In this document: piece after piece, positions 9,569-18,834 of the stretch
Numbering within the stretch: position 1 is the first letter of the stretch
Layout of the letters: each line of letters opens with the position of its first letter
Source: Ilumatobacteraceae bacterium
GTDB taxonomy: Bacteria; Actinomycetota; Acidimicrobiia; Acidimicrobiales; Ilumatobacteraceae
Direction: 5' to 3'
Length of the DNA: 64,000 bases
Assembly (NCBI GenBank): GCA_022843125.1
Contig: JALHOG010000001.1
Coordinates: 6,088 to 70,087 of the forward strand
Program-made: the position numbers and the translations under genes
Notes under the pieces: generated by a model
The model's input: the letters and a program-made list of their open reading frames with translations, nothing else
Databases searched by the model: none
Told to the model about the DNA's origin: nothing

Positions 9569-10329
9569 GCCGCCGCCCTCACGTCGTCGAGTGGCCGGTA
9601 CGCCGGGACGTCGAGGAGGCGGTCGACCGTGACGAACTCGTAGCCACCCGCCACGAGTTCGGGAACGATGCGGCGCATCGTTTCGACGGTGACCGACTTG
9701 TCCCACTCCTTCACCAGCGGAAAGGCGTCGTGGAAGCAGAAGATGGAACCGGGCTTGGCGTCGGCGATCGCCTGGCGGGCGACATCGTCCGGGTCGGGTT
9801 CGGGGACCTTCCAGTCGAGCGTGTAGACGTCCCAACCGACGATCGTGTAGCCGAGCCGATGCAGACGGCGGCCCTCCCATGGGGTGAGCCACCCCCACGG
9901 AGGTCGGTAGAGGGCGGGGCGCTTGCCGAGGACGGTGGCGATGCGAGTCTCGGCATCGACGATGTGGTCGGTGTCGCGGAACGACAGACCTGCGCCGCGG
10001 CTGTGGCGTTGGGAGTGGCTGCCGACGACATGGCCTTCGCGATCGGTTCGCTCGAGGATCTCCGGGTTCATGGCCACGTTCTCGCCGACGCAGAAGAACG
10101 TGCCGGGCACTCCGAGCTCGCCGAGGACGTCGAGGAGGCGCTCGGTCGACCCGACGCAGGGGCCGTCGTCGAACGTGAGGGCGACGCGCTTGGAGGTCCG
10201 GGGGCCGTGGTAGACGTACTGCCCCCGTCCGCCGTACGGCGGGGACAGCAGCTTCGTGAGGACCGGATCTCCGATCGAGTACACGAGGTTGCCGAGGTTC
10301 ACGTCGACTCCTCCGTCATCCGAGATCAC
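9565..10329 (-). CDS. polysaccharide deacetylase (CE4 / NodB homology domain)
   Basis: ORF track. Contains [10 protein letters not shown]...PGTFFCVG...[11 protein letters not shown], the NodB motifs 1-3. Confidence 0.85.
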   Translation of the reverse strand: MISDDGGVDVNLGNLVYSIGDPVLTKLLSPPYGGRGQYVYHGPRTSKRVALTFDDGPCVGSTERLLDVLGELGVPGTFFCVGENVAMNPEILERTDREGHVVGSHSQRHSRGAGLSFRDTDHIVDAETRIATVLGKRPALYRPPWGWLTPWEGRRLHRLGYTIVGWDVYTLDWKVPEPDPDDVARQAIADAKPGSIFCFHDAFPLVKEWDKSVTVETMRRIVPELVAGGYEFVTVDRLLDVPAYRPLDDVRAAA

Positions 10330-11473
10330 CGGCGACTCGTCGCACGGCGTCGATCACGTACTCGATGTCGGCGTCGTCCATGGTGGGGTAGAGCGGCAAC
10401 ACGACGTGCCGGTCCTGGGCCCATTCGGAAACGGGCAGATGGTGGTCGCCGGCGTACGGCACCTCACGATGCGCGTTCATGATCCCGCGGCGTGACGACA
10501 CCCCCACATCGAGGAGCGCCTGCATGAACGCCCGCTGGTCGGCGCCGTCGGGGATGCGGATCGCATAGCTCTGGAAGTTGCTCCGGGCCCACTCGGGTTC
10601 GTGTGGCGGTTCGATGCCCGCCACCTGGGCGAACGCGTCGTTGTATCGGGTCGCGATCTCACGGCGGCGAGCCACGATGTCGGGCATCCGCTTGAGCTGC
10701 TCGCGCCCGACAGCAGCCTGGATGTCGGTCATGCGGTAGTTGAAGCCGATGACCGAGTGCTCCTCGAAGATGACCTGGTTGGCGCTGTGGCGCACACGGT
10801 CGTTGACCGACATGCCGTGCTGGCGGAGCAGCTTGAAGCGCGCATCGAGCTCGGGATCGTGTGTGGTGAGCATGCCGCCGTCGCCGGTGCTCATCACCTT
10901 GCGCGGATGGAACGAGAAGCACGCCACGTCGCCGTGGGGGTGCCCGATGCGGTGCCAGTCGCCGTCGACGAGCACCTCGCTGCCGATCGCGCAGGCAGCG
11001 TCCTCGACGACGGGCAGGCCGCGCCGCCGGCCGATCTCGACGATCGCGGTGAGGTCGCACGGCAGCCCGATCTGGTGCACGCACAGGATCGCCCTGGTGC
11101 GATCGGTGATCGCCGCCTCGATGAGCGCGGGGTCGAGGTTCTTGGTCGCGGCATCGACATCGACGAACACCGGCGTCGCACCGCAGTACGTGATCGAGTT
11201 GGCGGTGGCGATGTAGGAGTGGCTGACGGTGATGACCTCGTCGCCGGGTCCGACGCCGACGCCCATCAGCGCCAGGTGCAATGCCGTCGTGCAGTTCGAC
11301 ACCGCGGTCGCGTGAGGGGCGCCCACGAACGTCGCGAACTCGTGCTCGAACGCGGCCACCTCGGGGCCCTGGGTCACCCAACCCGACAGGATGACCCGCT
11401 GCGCGGCGTCGGCCTCGGGCTGGCCCATCACGGGCTTGGCGATCGGTACGTTGCGGAGGGCTACATCGCTCAT
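10316..11473 (-). CDS. DegT/DnrJ/EryC1/StrS family sugar aminotransferase
   Basis: ORF 10316..11497. Contains [13 protein letters not shown]...[32 protein letters not shown]...[15 protein letters not shown] (PLP lysine region). Start taken at ATG 11473, which forms an ATGA overlap with the upstream stop. Confidence 0.9.
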   Translation of the reverse strand: MSDVALRNVPIAKPVMGQPEADAAQRVILSGWVTQGPEVAAFEHEFATFVGAPHATAVSNCTTALHLALMGVGVGPGDEVITVSHSYIATANSITYCGATPVFVDVDAATKNLDPALIEAAITDRTRAILCVHQIGLPCDLTAIVEIGRRRGLPVVEDAACAIGSEVLVDGDWHRIGHPHGDVACFSFHPRKVMSTGDGGMLTTHDPELDARFKLLRQHGMSVNDRVRHSANQVIFEEHSVIGFNYRMTDIQAAVGREQLKRMPDIVARRREIATRYNDAFAQVAGIEPPHEPEWARSNFQSYAIRIPDGADQRAFMQALLDVGVSSRRGIMNAHREVPYAGDHHLPVSEWAQDRHVVLPLYPTMDDADIEYVIDAVRRVAGDLG

Positions 11474-12444
11474 GTCGGATCTCCGTTCACGCGCCACCAG
11501 TCGACGAGTTGTCGCAGCCCGGTGTGGAGATCGACCTCGGCGACGAAGCCCAGGCGCTCACGTGCGGCCGACACGTCGGCGAGTCGGCGCGGCACCGGGT
11601 TGACCGACCGCTCGGGGCCGTACTCGGGCTGCAGGTCGGCGCCCATCACCTCGGTGAGCGCGGCGGCGAGACCGTTGAGGCTCGTCTCGGTCGCGCTGGC
11701 GATGTTGAAGATCTCGTCGTTCGCATCCGACTGTGCGGCCAGGATGTTGGCGCGGGCGATGTCGGTGGCGTAGATGAAGTCCATCGTCTGCTTGCCGTCA
11801 CCGAAGATCAGCGGTGGCTCACCGGCGGTGATCCGGTTCATCCAGCGGATCAGCACCTCGGTGTAGACGCCGATCGTGTCCATCCGTGGGCCGTACACGT
11901 TGAAGTACCGGAGCCCGACGTACGGCAGGCCGAACATGTCGTTGTACGACCGCAGCAGACCCTCGTTGTAGACCTTGAGCGCACCGTAGAGCGTGCGGTT
12001 GTTGTACGGGTGGTGCGACTCGTTGGTGGGGAACGACTCGGCGAGGCCGTACACCGATGCGCTCGACGACGCGATCACCTTGCTGGCGCCGGCGCGATGA
12101 GCGGCATCCACCACGTTGAAGGTTCCGGTCCCGAGGACGTCGTGCGCGAGCCGCGGATCCTCCGCACAGTGCGTGATGCGGATCGCCGCGAGGTGGAACA
12201 CGAGATCGGCGCCGTCGATGGCCTTCGTGACGGCGTCGGCGTCGCGGACGTCGCCCTCGACGATCTCGACCGGCCCGCGCGCCATGGCGTCGGCGAGGTT
12301 CGACATCCGCCCTCGCGTGAGATTGTCGAACACCACGATGTCGCCGTAGGTGCCCTGTTCGCGGCCGGCGACGAGGAGGTCGACGACGTGCGAGCCGATC
12401 AGGCCGGCACCTCCGGTGACGACGACTTTGCCGTAGTCGGGCAT
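11470..12444 (-). CDS. NAD-dependent sugar epimerase/dehydratase (extended SDR)
   Basis: C-terminal 324 aa of ORF 11470..13782. Opens [22 protein letters not shown] (GxxGxxG) and has YGALK (YxxxK). The upstream 445 aa of that ORF is an out-of-frame read across the next gene. Confidence 0.9.
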   Translation of the reverse strand: MPDYGKVVVTGGAGLIGSHVVDLLVAGREQGTYGDIVVFDNLTRGRMSNLADAMARGPVEIVEGDVRDADAVTKAIDGADLVFHLAAIRITHCAEDPRLAHDVLGTGTFNVVDAAHRAGASKVIASSSASVYGLAESFPTNESHHPYNNRTLYGALKVYNEGLLRSYNDMFGLPYVGLRYFNVYGPRMDTIGVYTEVLIRWMNRITAGEPPLIFGDGKQTMDFIYATDIARANILAAQSDANDEIFNIASATETSLNGLAAALTEVMGADLQPEYGPERSVNPVPRRLADVSAARERLGFVAEVDLHTGLRQLVDWWRVNGDPT

Positions 12445-12464
12445 GGGTGTCTCCTGTTTCTGCG

Positions 12465-13577
12465 TCAGCGTGCGTCGCACCAGGCGCGCACGGCGGTGAC
12501 GACGCGCTCCTGCTGCTCGGGGGTGATCTCGGGGAACATCGGGAGCGACAGCACCTCGTCGGCGGCGGCCTCGGCGTGCGGGAAGTCGCCGCGACCATGG
12601 CCCAGCTCGGCGAAGGCCTGCTGCAGGTGGACCGGGATCGGGTAGTGGATGCCGGTGCCGACACCCTGCTCGGTGAGATGAGCCTGCAGCCCGGCGCGGT
12701 CGTCGGTGCGGATCGCGTACACGTGGTACACGTGGCGGCGGTCGTCGAGCTGGCGAGGCACCTCGACGCCCGATCCGGCGAGCCACTCGTCGTAGCGGGC
12801 AGCGGCGGCGCGGCGGGCCTCGGTCCACCCTTCGATGTGCGCCATCTTCACCTTCAGCACGGCGCCCTGCATGCCTTCGAGCCGGTAGTTGAAGCCCTTG
12901 AGGACGTGGTGGTACTTCTCTTCGGCGCCCCAGTCGCGGAGCATGCGCACGGTTCGGGCGACCTGGTCGTCGCTCGTGGTGACAGCACCACCTTCGCCGT
13001 AGGCGCCGAGGTTCTTGCCGGGATAGAAGCTGAAGCAACCGGCGAGTCCGATCGACCCGGCGCGACGGCCCCGGTACTCGGCGCCGTGCGCCTGCGCTGC
13101 GTCCTCGATCACGGCGATGCCGCGACGGTCGGCGACTTCGACGATCGGATCCATGTCGGCCATCTGGCCGTAGAGGTGAACGGGCACGATGGCCTTGGTG
13201 CGCTCGGTGATCGCCGCCTCGATCGCCCTCGGGTCGATCGTGAACGACACGGGGTCGATGTCGACGAAGACCGGGGTGGCACCGCAGTAGTCGATCGCCG
13301 ACACCGATGCGATGAACGTGTGGGGAGTGGTGATCACCTCGTCGCCGGGCCCGATGCCCGCCGCGAGCATGGCGAGGTGCAGGGCGCTGGTCCCGGAGCT
13401 GGTGCCGAGCACGTGCGTGCTCTGCGCATACGGCGCGAACAGCGATTCGAACGCGACGACGTCGCGGCCCAGGACGAACTGGGTGCTGTCGAGCAGCGCG
13501 AGGACCGCCTCGTCGATGTCTGCCTTGATCGAGAGGTACTGCGCCCGCAGGTCGACGAAGGGAACGGAACCGGACAT
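12465..13577 (-). CDS. DegT-family aminotransferase, WbpE-like
   Basis: Part of ORF 12465..13775 from [25 protein letters not shown]. Contains [31 protein letters not shown] and FSFYPGKNLGAYGEGG. Confidence 0.9.
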   Translation of the reverse strand: MSGSVPFVDLRAQYLSIKADIDEAVLALLDSTQFVLGRDVVAFESLFAPYAQSTHVLGTSSGTSALHLAMLAAGIGPGDEVITTPHTFIASVSAIDYCGATPVFVDIDPVSFTIDPRAIEAAITERTKAIVPVHLYGQMADMDPIVEVADRRGIAVIEDAAQAHGAEYRGRRAGSIGLAGCFSFYPGKNLGAYGEGGAVTTSDDQVARTVRMLRDWGAEEKYHHVLKGFNYRLEGMQGAVLKVKMAHIEGWTEARRAAAARYDEWLAGSGVEVPRQLDDRRHVYHVYAIRTDDRAGLQAHLTEQGVGTGIHYPIPVHLQQAFAELGHGRGDFPHAEAAADEVLSLPMFPEITPEQQERVVTAVRAWCDAR

Positions 13578-14605
13578 CAGACACTCCCTCGCATCGGCAG
13601 GATCTCGATCGGCAGCCCGCGTCGGGCCATCGACTCGTGGGCGGCTTCGAGGATTCGGACGACCCGCAGGCCGGCGCGCCCGTCGGACAGGGGCGTGTCG
13701 CCGGAGATGATGCAGTCGACGAAGTGCTGCGTTTCGATCGCGAGGGCCTCGACGTTGTCGAGCCGCGGCGCCCACATGTCACCGGTGCGGTACCCGACGT
13801 GCCGCTGGTACACGGCCTCTTCGGCCTCGTCGAGGATCACGCCCTTGTCGTAGACCTTGACCTTCTCGCTCATGTCGACATCGTCGAAGACCACCATCTT
13901 CTCCGAGCCGCAGAGCAGCGTCTGGCGCACCTTGACCGGTGCAAGCCAGTTGACGTGGAAGTGGGCGATCAGGTTGTCGGGGAACATGCACGTGAGGTAC
14001 GCCATGTTCTCCGGCTGCCCCGGCACGTGCGCGACGCCCGTGGCCGACACCGTCACCGGGTCGCAGTCGAGCAGGTAGTCCATGATCGACAGGTCGTGGA
14101 CGGCCAGGTCCCACATGACGCTCACGTCGCTCTGGAACAGGCCGAGGTTCACGCGAACCGAGTCGTAGTAGTACAGCTTCCCGAGCTCGCCCGCTGACAC
14201 CAGCTCGTGGATCTTACGGACCGCGCTCGTGTAGATGAATGTGTGGTCGACCATCAGCGTCAGCTCGCGCTCGTCGGCGAGAGCGATCAGCTCCTCGCCC
14301 TCGGCCGAGGTCGCGGTGAACGGCTTCTCGACGAAGACGTGCTTGCCGGCGAGCAGCGCTTGTTTGGCGAGCGGGTAGTGGGTGCTCACCGGCGTGGCGA
14401 TGACAACGGCGTCGACCGCCGGGTCGGCGAGCATCGCGCCGGCGTCGGTGTACGTGTTCACCGCCGGATAGAGCTTGTTGACGACACCGAGCCGCTCCTG
14501 GCGGCCGTCGCACACGGCCACGACACCGGCGCCGTCGACCTGCGCGAAGTTCCTGACGAGGTTGGGGCCCCAGTAGCCGTATCCGATGACGCCGATCCCG
14601 ATCAT
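13577..14605 (-). CDS. Gfo/Idh/MocA oxidoreductase, WbpB-like
   Basis: ORF track. Opens [20 protein letters not shown] (Rossmann fold) and has the EKP motif in HVFVEKPF. Confidence 0.9.
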   Translation of the reverse strand: MIGIGVIGYGYWGPNLVRNFAQVDGAGVVAVCDGRQERLGVVNKLYPAVNTYTDAGAMLADPAVDAVVIATPVSTHYPLAKQALLAGKHVFVEKPFTATSAEGEELIALADERELTLMVDHTFIYTSAVRKIHELVSAGELGKLYYYDSVRVNLGLFQSDVSVMWDLAVHDLSIMDYLLDCDPVTVSATGVAHVPGQPENMAYLTCMFPDNLIAHFHVNWLAPVKVRQTLLCGSEKMVVFDDVDMSEKVKVYDKGVILDEAEEAVYQRHVGYRTGDMWAPRLDNVEALAIETQHFVDCIISGDTPLSDGRAGLRVVRILEAAHESMARRGLPIEILPMRGSV

Positions 14606-15165
14606 GCTCGCTCCGCCTCGTGCACGCTGGCCGTGCGTGCCTCATCTGCCGTCTCGAAGCGCTGGCCGGCCGCGCTCACGTATCCGATGATCCGACCCGG
14701 GTTCCCGATCACGAGCGCGTGGTCGGGCACGTCCTTGGTGACGACGGTACCGGACCCGATCATCGCCCATCTGCCGATTTCGATGCCGGTGACGACCACT
14801 GCGCCGGCGCCGATCGCGGCGCCGTGGCGCACGACGGTGCGGCCGAGTTCCCAGTCGTCGGCGGACTTCAGCGCACCCGCCGGCGTGATCGCCCGCGGCA
14901 CCTTGTCGTTCGTGAAGATCACATGCGGTCCGACGAACACGCCGTCTTCGAGCGTGACGCCCTCGTACAGTGATGCGTTGTTCTGGACCTTGACGTTGTC
15001 GCCGAGCTCGACGTCGACGTCGACGAAGCAGTTGCGCCCGAGGATGCAACCGCGTCCGACTCGTGCGCCGGCCCGGACCTGCACGAGTGCCCAGACCTTC
15101 GTGCCGTCGCCGAGGGTTGCACCGTCTTCCACCAGTGCGGTGGGGTGCACGAAGGTCCCACTCAT
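14602..15165 (-). CDS. LbH N-acetyltransferase, WbpD-like
   Basis: ORF track. Hexapeptide repeats run through [21 protein letters not shown]...[41 protein letters not shown]. Confidence 0.85.
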   Translation of the reverse strand: MSGTFVHPTALVEDGATLGDGTKVWALVQVRAGARVGRGCILGRNCFVDVDVELGDNVKVQNNASLYEGVTLEDGVFVGPHVIFTNDKVPRAITPAGALKSADDWELGRTVVRHGAAIGAGAVVVTGIEIGRWAMIGSGTVVTKDVPDHALVIGNPGRIIGYVSAAGQRFETADEARTASVHEAERA

Positions 15166-15346
15166 CGTCCGATCATCCGTTCACTTCCGCCGTTCACGGG
15201 CCCATACCCGCTGTGTCAACATTGTGCACGCTACTGGCCGTCGGACGGGGCGCGATTTCAAGATTCACCGACCGTTTACCGTGGAGCGCGCGAGCCCGGC
15301 CACTGATCGTCCGATCGGCGCCGCCCCGACCGTCAGCGCGGTCGGA

Positions 15347-16324
15347 TCATCCCACGAGACGGTCGAACGCCTCGCGCCCACCGAGCTCATCGGCCATCCC
15401 CCGGTGCAGCTCGACGGCGTAGACGCCGCTGAGGGCGTACCGGCGGACCCGAACGAGACGTGTCTGCAGCGCGAGGCGTTCGAGCAGGGCGACCGATCGG
15501 GTGCGCCACCGGTCGGAGCGGATGCATCGCTTGACGAGCACGCGGATCGCGACGTGGTGCTGGCGGAACGTGTGGCGGCGGAAGCCGTAGATCCACGATT
15601 GCCCGCGATCCCGGGCGAAGACGATCTCGTTGCGGCCGTACAGGTACGCCGCAGACCGCCACGCCTCGTACGAGCGCTCGGCGTAATGCTCGCCTCTGGC
15701 GGACGGCTCGAAGTGGAACGTGAGGCCGTGGTCGGCCAGGCGGAACGCGAGCTCGATGTCCTCCGCCCGGCGAAACTCGGTGTCGAAGCCGCCCACGTCG
15801 ATCAGGTGCGATCGCCGCACCGACGCGTTCCCGGTGTAGAACTGCCGCGACGTCGCCTCGTACCTGCCCTGCAGCATGTCGTCGTACTGCTTGGCGAGCA
15901 TCGCCTGCTCCCAGGCGATCCATGGCGACATGTCATGGTCGGGAGGGTCGAGCATCGGCCCGATCACCACGACGCGATCGCCGAGGCGATGGTGGGCATC
16001 GCGGTGCGCTCGGAGCAGGCGTGCGTCGGCGACGACGTCATCGTCGACGAACACCACCAACTCGCCCATCGCTCGGGCGACGCCTGCGTTGCGTGCCCCG
16101 GCCGGACCCTGGTTGGCTTGGACCAGCGCGACGATCGGGAGCGGCACGTCCGCACTGTGGAGGTAGGCGTCGGTGTCGTCGGTACTGCCATCTGACACGA
16201 CGATCACCTCGAACGGCTCGTCGATGTCCTGCACGGCCAGCGATCGCAACACCCGGTGCAGACGCTCGCGCCGGTTGAAGGTGGGGACGACGACGCTGAT
16301 CCGCGGCGAGACCGGGTCGTTCAC
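15347..16324 (-). CDS. glycosyltransferase family 2
   Basis: ORF track. Contains [24 protein letters not shown]...[13 protein letters not shown]...VFVDDDV. Confidence 0.85.
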   Translation of the reverse strand: MNDPVSPRISVVVPTFNRRERLHRVLRSLAVQDIDEPFEVIVVSDGSTDDTDAYLHSADVPLPIVALVQANQGPAGARNAGVARAMGELVVFVDDDVVADARLLRAHRDAHHRLGDRVVVIGPMLDPPDHDMSPWIAWEQAMLAKQYDDMLQGRYEATSRQFYTGNASVRRSHLIDVGGFDTEFRRAEDIELAFRLADHGLTFHFEPSARGEHYAERSYEAWRSAAYLYGRNEIVFARDRGQSWIYGFRRHTFRQHHVAIRVLVKRCIRSDRWRTRSVALLERLALQTRLVRVRRYALSGVYAVELHRGMADELGGREAFDRLVG

Positions 16325-16863
16325 AGCGTCTTCACGACCTTGGCGGGTACCCCGACGGCCACGGAGCGGGGAGGGATGTCGTGCGTGACGACACTGCCGA
16401 TGCCGATGACCGAGTCGTCACCGATGGTGACCCCGGGCATCACGATCACACGCGCGCCGAGCCAGACGTTCTCACCGATCGTGATCGGTCGTGCCGTCGG
16501 CGGCTCGAGGCGCCGTTCGGGGTCGACGTCGTGGAATCCGGTGTCCATGATCATGCAGTGCGGGCCGATCAGTGCCCGCGGGCCGATCGTGACGCGCTCG
16601 ATCGCGACGATCGAGCACCCGAAGTTGATGAGCGATCGCTCGCCGATCTCCAGCGTCGCACCACGCTCTGCAACGAGCTCCAGGGTCGCAACGGTCGACA
16701 CGAACTGGACGCGGTCGCCGATCAGCAGGTTGCCGCGAGCGATCACGACCGGGCGACCGCGGAGTCGGACGCGCGCTCCGAGCCGAGCTGCACGCCGGAG
16801 GTACCAGCGTGCTCGCAACGTCGCGACGGCGTCGCCGCGGCGTTGCCACGCGCGACGGATCAC
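16321..16863 (-). CDS. LbH acetyltransferase (maltose/galactoside O-acetyltransferase-like)
   Basis: C-terminal part of ORF 16321..17361. Contains [51 protein letters not shown]. Start taken at GTG 16863, which overlaps the upstream stop as GTGA. Confidence 0.75.
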   Translation of the reverse strand: MIRRAWQRRGDAVATLRARWYLRRAARLGARVRLRGRPVVIARGNLLIGDRVQFVSTVATLELVAERGATLEIGERSLINFGCSIVAIERVTIGPRALIGPHCMIMDTGFHDVDPERRLEPPTARPITIGENVWLGARVIVMPGVTIGDDSVIGIGSVVTHDIPPRSVAVGVPAKVVKTL

Positions 16864-17408
16864 GGCAGTTCCCGAACAGGTCGAGCGGGAACGCCGGCGA
16901 CGAGCGTGTTGGGAGCGACGTCGCTGGCAACCACGGACCCGGCCGCGACGAGCGAACCTGGACCGATGGTGACCCCTGGGAGCACTGTCGCTCGTGCGCC
17001 GAGCCAGCAGCCGTTCCCGATGGTCACGGGCGCCGTTCGGTTGGCGGCAGCGCGTTGTGACGCATCGCCGATCTCGTGCGTCTGCGTCAGGAGCATCACG
17101 TTCTGGCCGATCGCCACGTCGTCGCCGATCTCGATCCGATCGGAGGCGTCGAGGTAACACCCTGCGTTGATCCAGACGCGGGCGCCGATCTCCACACGTC
17201 GAGCGCCGTTGCGTCCGGCGATCGTGAGGTGTCCACCGATCACTGACGCTCGACCGATCCGAACCCCGGCGCTCCGGAACAGCTTCGTGCGTACTCGGTT
17301 GCCGACGAGGTCGGGCAGCGCGCCGCTCACCGCTTCGGCGAGCGGCAGCATCGGCCGGCATCCGTTGAGCTCCTCACGAGCGACGCGGACGATCCGTCGA
17401 AGTTTCAC
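16860..17408 (-). CDS. LbH acetyltransferase (tandem paralogue of the preceding gene)
   Basis: ORF track. Contains [51 protein letters not shown]. Confidence 0.8.
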   Translation of the reverse strand: MKLRRIVRVAREELNGCRPMLPLAEAVSGALPDLVGNRVRTKLFRSAGVRIGRASVIGGHLTIAGRNGARRVEIGARVWINAGCYLDASDRIEIGDDVAIGQNVMLLTQTHEIGDASQRAAANRTAPVTIGNGCWLGARATVLPGVTIGPGSLVAAGSVVASDVAPNTLVAGVPARPVRELP

Positions 17409-18553
17409 GTCGGAACCGTTCGCAGGCCCGCAGCTCCCTCGAGCAGCGCAGCGATCCGGCGGGCATTGGCGCGAGCATCGTGATCTGCTTCGGCGAGCGC
17501 CCGAGCGCCTGCGCCCAGGCGGCGACGCATCTCGCCGTCAGCGACCAACTGCCGCAACGCATCGCGTAGCGCATCTCGATCCGACGGCGGCACGAGCGCT
17601 CCGGTCGATCCTGGTCGGACGATCTCGCTGATCGCCCCGACGTCGGTCGAGATCAGCGGGAGACCGGCCGCAGCAGCTTCGGCGAGCACCATCGGGAGGC
17701 AGTCGCCCAGGGTCGGTAGGCAGAAGATGTCGGCGGCGTGGTATTGGGCGATCAGTTCCGGACTGTTCGACGTGAGCCCGCGATGCACCACGACGCCGGG
17801 CTCCTCGCTGACGTCCGCACCGGTGACGAGATGGAGTTCGATCGACGGCAGCCCCGACTCGAGGTTGAGGGCCCGCACGGCGTCGATCAGGAGATCCCCG
17901 CCCTTGCGGCGCAGGTCGCCGCCGACGAACAGCACACGGACAGGTTGCCCCGCAGCGACGGCGGGCGCATCGGGGCGCGCCCATCGCTCGACGTCGACGC
18001 CCGGTGCGATCACGGTCACCCTCGTCGCATCGACCCCGTAGGCGTCGACGAGGCCACGCTTTCCCCAGTGCGACCACGACACGATGTGCTGGGCCCGACG
18101 GAAGCAGGCGCGATTCGCCCGGAACTTGAGGGCCTCGACGCGTGGGTGGGATCGATCGTGCGCGTAGAACTCACCGAGTTCGTCGTACTGCTTCGGTGTG
18201 GCGTCGATCGACACCACGGTGGGTGTCGATCGCATCCACGGGCCGAGCAACACGGCGGGCACCTGGGTGTGGACGAACATCGCGGCCGGACGCCCGCTCC
18301 GGCGCCGCCGGAGGATCAGCCCGCGCGCGGCGCGGGCACCGGCGCGCACCGTCCAGTTCGTCCAGATCGGGAACGACCATCGGCCGACGTCGAAGGGCAC
18401 GAGGAGGAACTCGGGCGCGAGGTGGCCGTCGTCAGGCACGAGGGCCCGAAGGTTCTTGGTGTGCGTCACGTGGCCCAGCGTCTGTTCCATCACGAACAGC
18501 GCCGCAGGGCGATGTCGGCCGTGATCGCGACTGGATCGCCTGTCGTGCGCCAC
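17405..18553 (-). CDS. glycosyltransferase family 4 (GT-B)
   Basis: C-terminal part of ORF 17405..19015. Contains FVGGDLRRKGGD...ADIFCLPTLGDCLPMVLAEAAAAGLPLISTDVGA. Its N-terminus aligns with the GT4 at 6573 (ALFVMEQTLGHVTHTKNL versus AFVLDQVAGHVTNAQNL). Start at GTG 18553 is tentative. Confidence 0.8.
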   Translation of the reverse strand: MAHDRRSSRDHGRHRPAALFVMEQTLGHVTHTKNLRALVPDDGHLAPEFLLVPFDVGRWSFPIWTNWTVRAGARAARGLILRRRRSGRPAAMFVHTQVPAVLLGPWMRSTPTVVSIDATPKQYDELGEFYAHDRSHPRVEALKFRANRACFRRAQHIVSWSHWGKRGLVDAYGVDATRVTVIAPGVDVERWARPDAPAVAAGQPVRVLFVGGDLRRKGGDLLIDAVRALNLESGLPSIELHLVTGADVSEEPGVVVHRGLTSNSPELIAQYHAADIFCLPTLGDCLPMVLAEAAAAGLPLISTDVGAISEIVRPGSTGALVPPSDRDALRDALRQLVADGEMRRRLGAGARALAEADHDARANARRIAALLEGAAGLRTVPT

Positions 18554-18834
18554 CTGATGTCCGTTCTCGTCGATCCCGCCTGATCGCTGCCCCGAGCAGA
18601 CAGCGATCACGATGGTAGCGGCGCGCACCGCCGAGCGTCGCCGGTGCTGACCGCGTTGCAGGGTGAGTTCACTCAGGGTTCTCTCAAGAAGGACGGGTCG
18701 CCCTCCGATAGGCGATCGATGAAGCAGAAGTCGGTCGACCGCGCATCGACAAGGGGCTACCGTTGCGCCGGGCGATCTCCGGCGCCGACCGATCGACCAG
18801 GTTCGGCGGGTCTGCAGATCGAGGCGGAGAAGAG

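Noticed and set aside
8651-11473. Arn-like (4-amino-arabinose) pathway. The window has ugd, a UDP-GlcA decarboxylase, a formyltransferase domain, a DegT aminotransferase, a GT2 and a CE4 deacetylase, which echoes ArnA/B/C/D.
   Set aside because: The formyltransferase is fused to an NRPS, not to the decarboxylase. The decarboxylase has UXS (UDP-xylose synthase) motifs. The GT2 lacks the obvious C-terminal TM helices of ArnC, and no ArnT/ArnE/ArnF-like genes were seen. The resemblance is probably coincidental, though it is worth a phylogenetic check.
11470-13782. 770-aa ORF that appears to fuse an epimerase with a large N-terminal extension.
   Set aside because: Only the last 324 aa (from [17 protein letters not shown] 12444) look like a real protein. 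The N-terminal part is an out-of-frame read across the DegT gene at 12465..13577.
15166-15346. A promoter for the WbpD/B/E-like operon in the 181-bp gap, with a TTGACA hexamer on the minus strand at 15214-15219.
   Set aside because: No acceptable -10 hexamer lies at 16-19 nt spacing from that -35-like element, so I cannot support a specific promoter call. The gap probably does contain an internal promoter.
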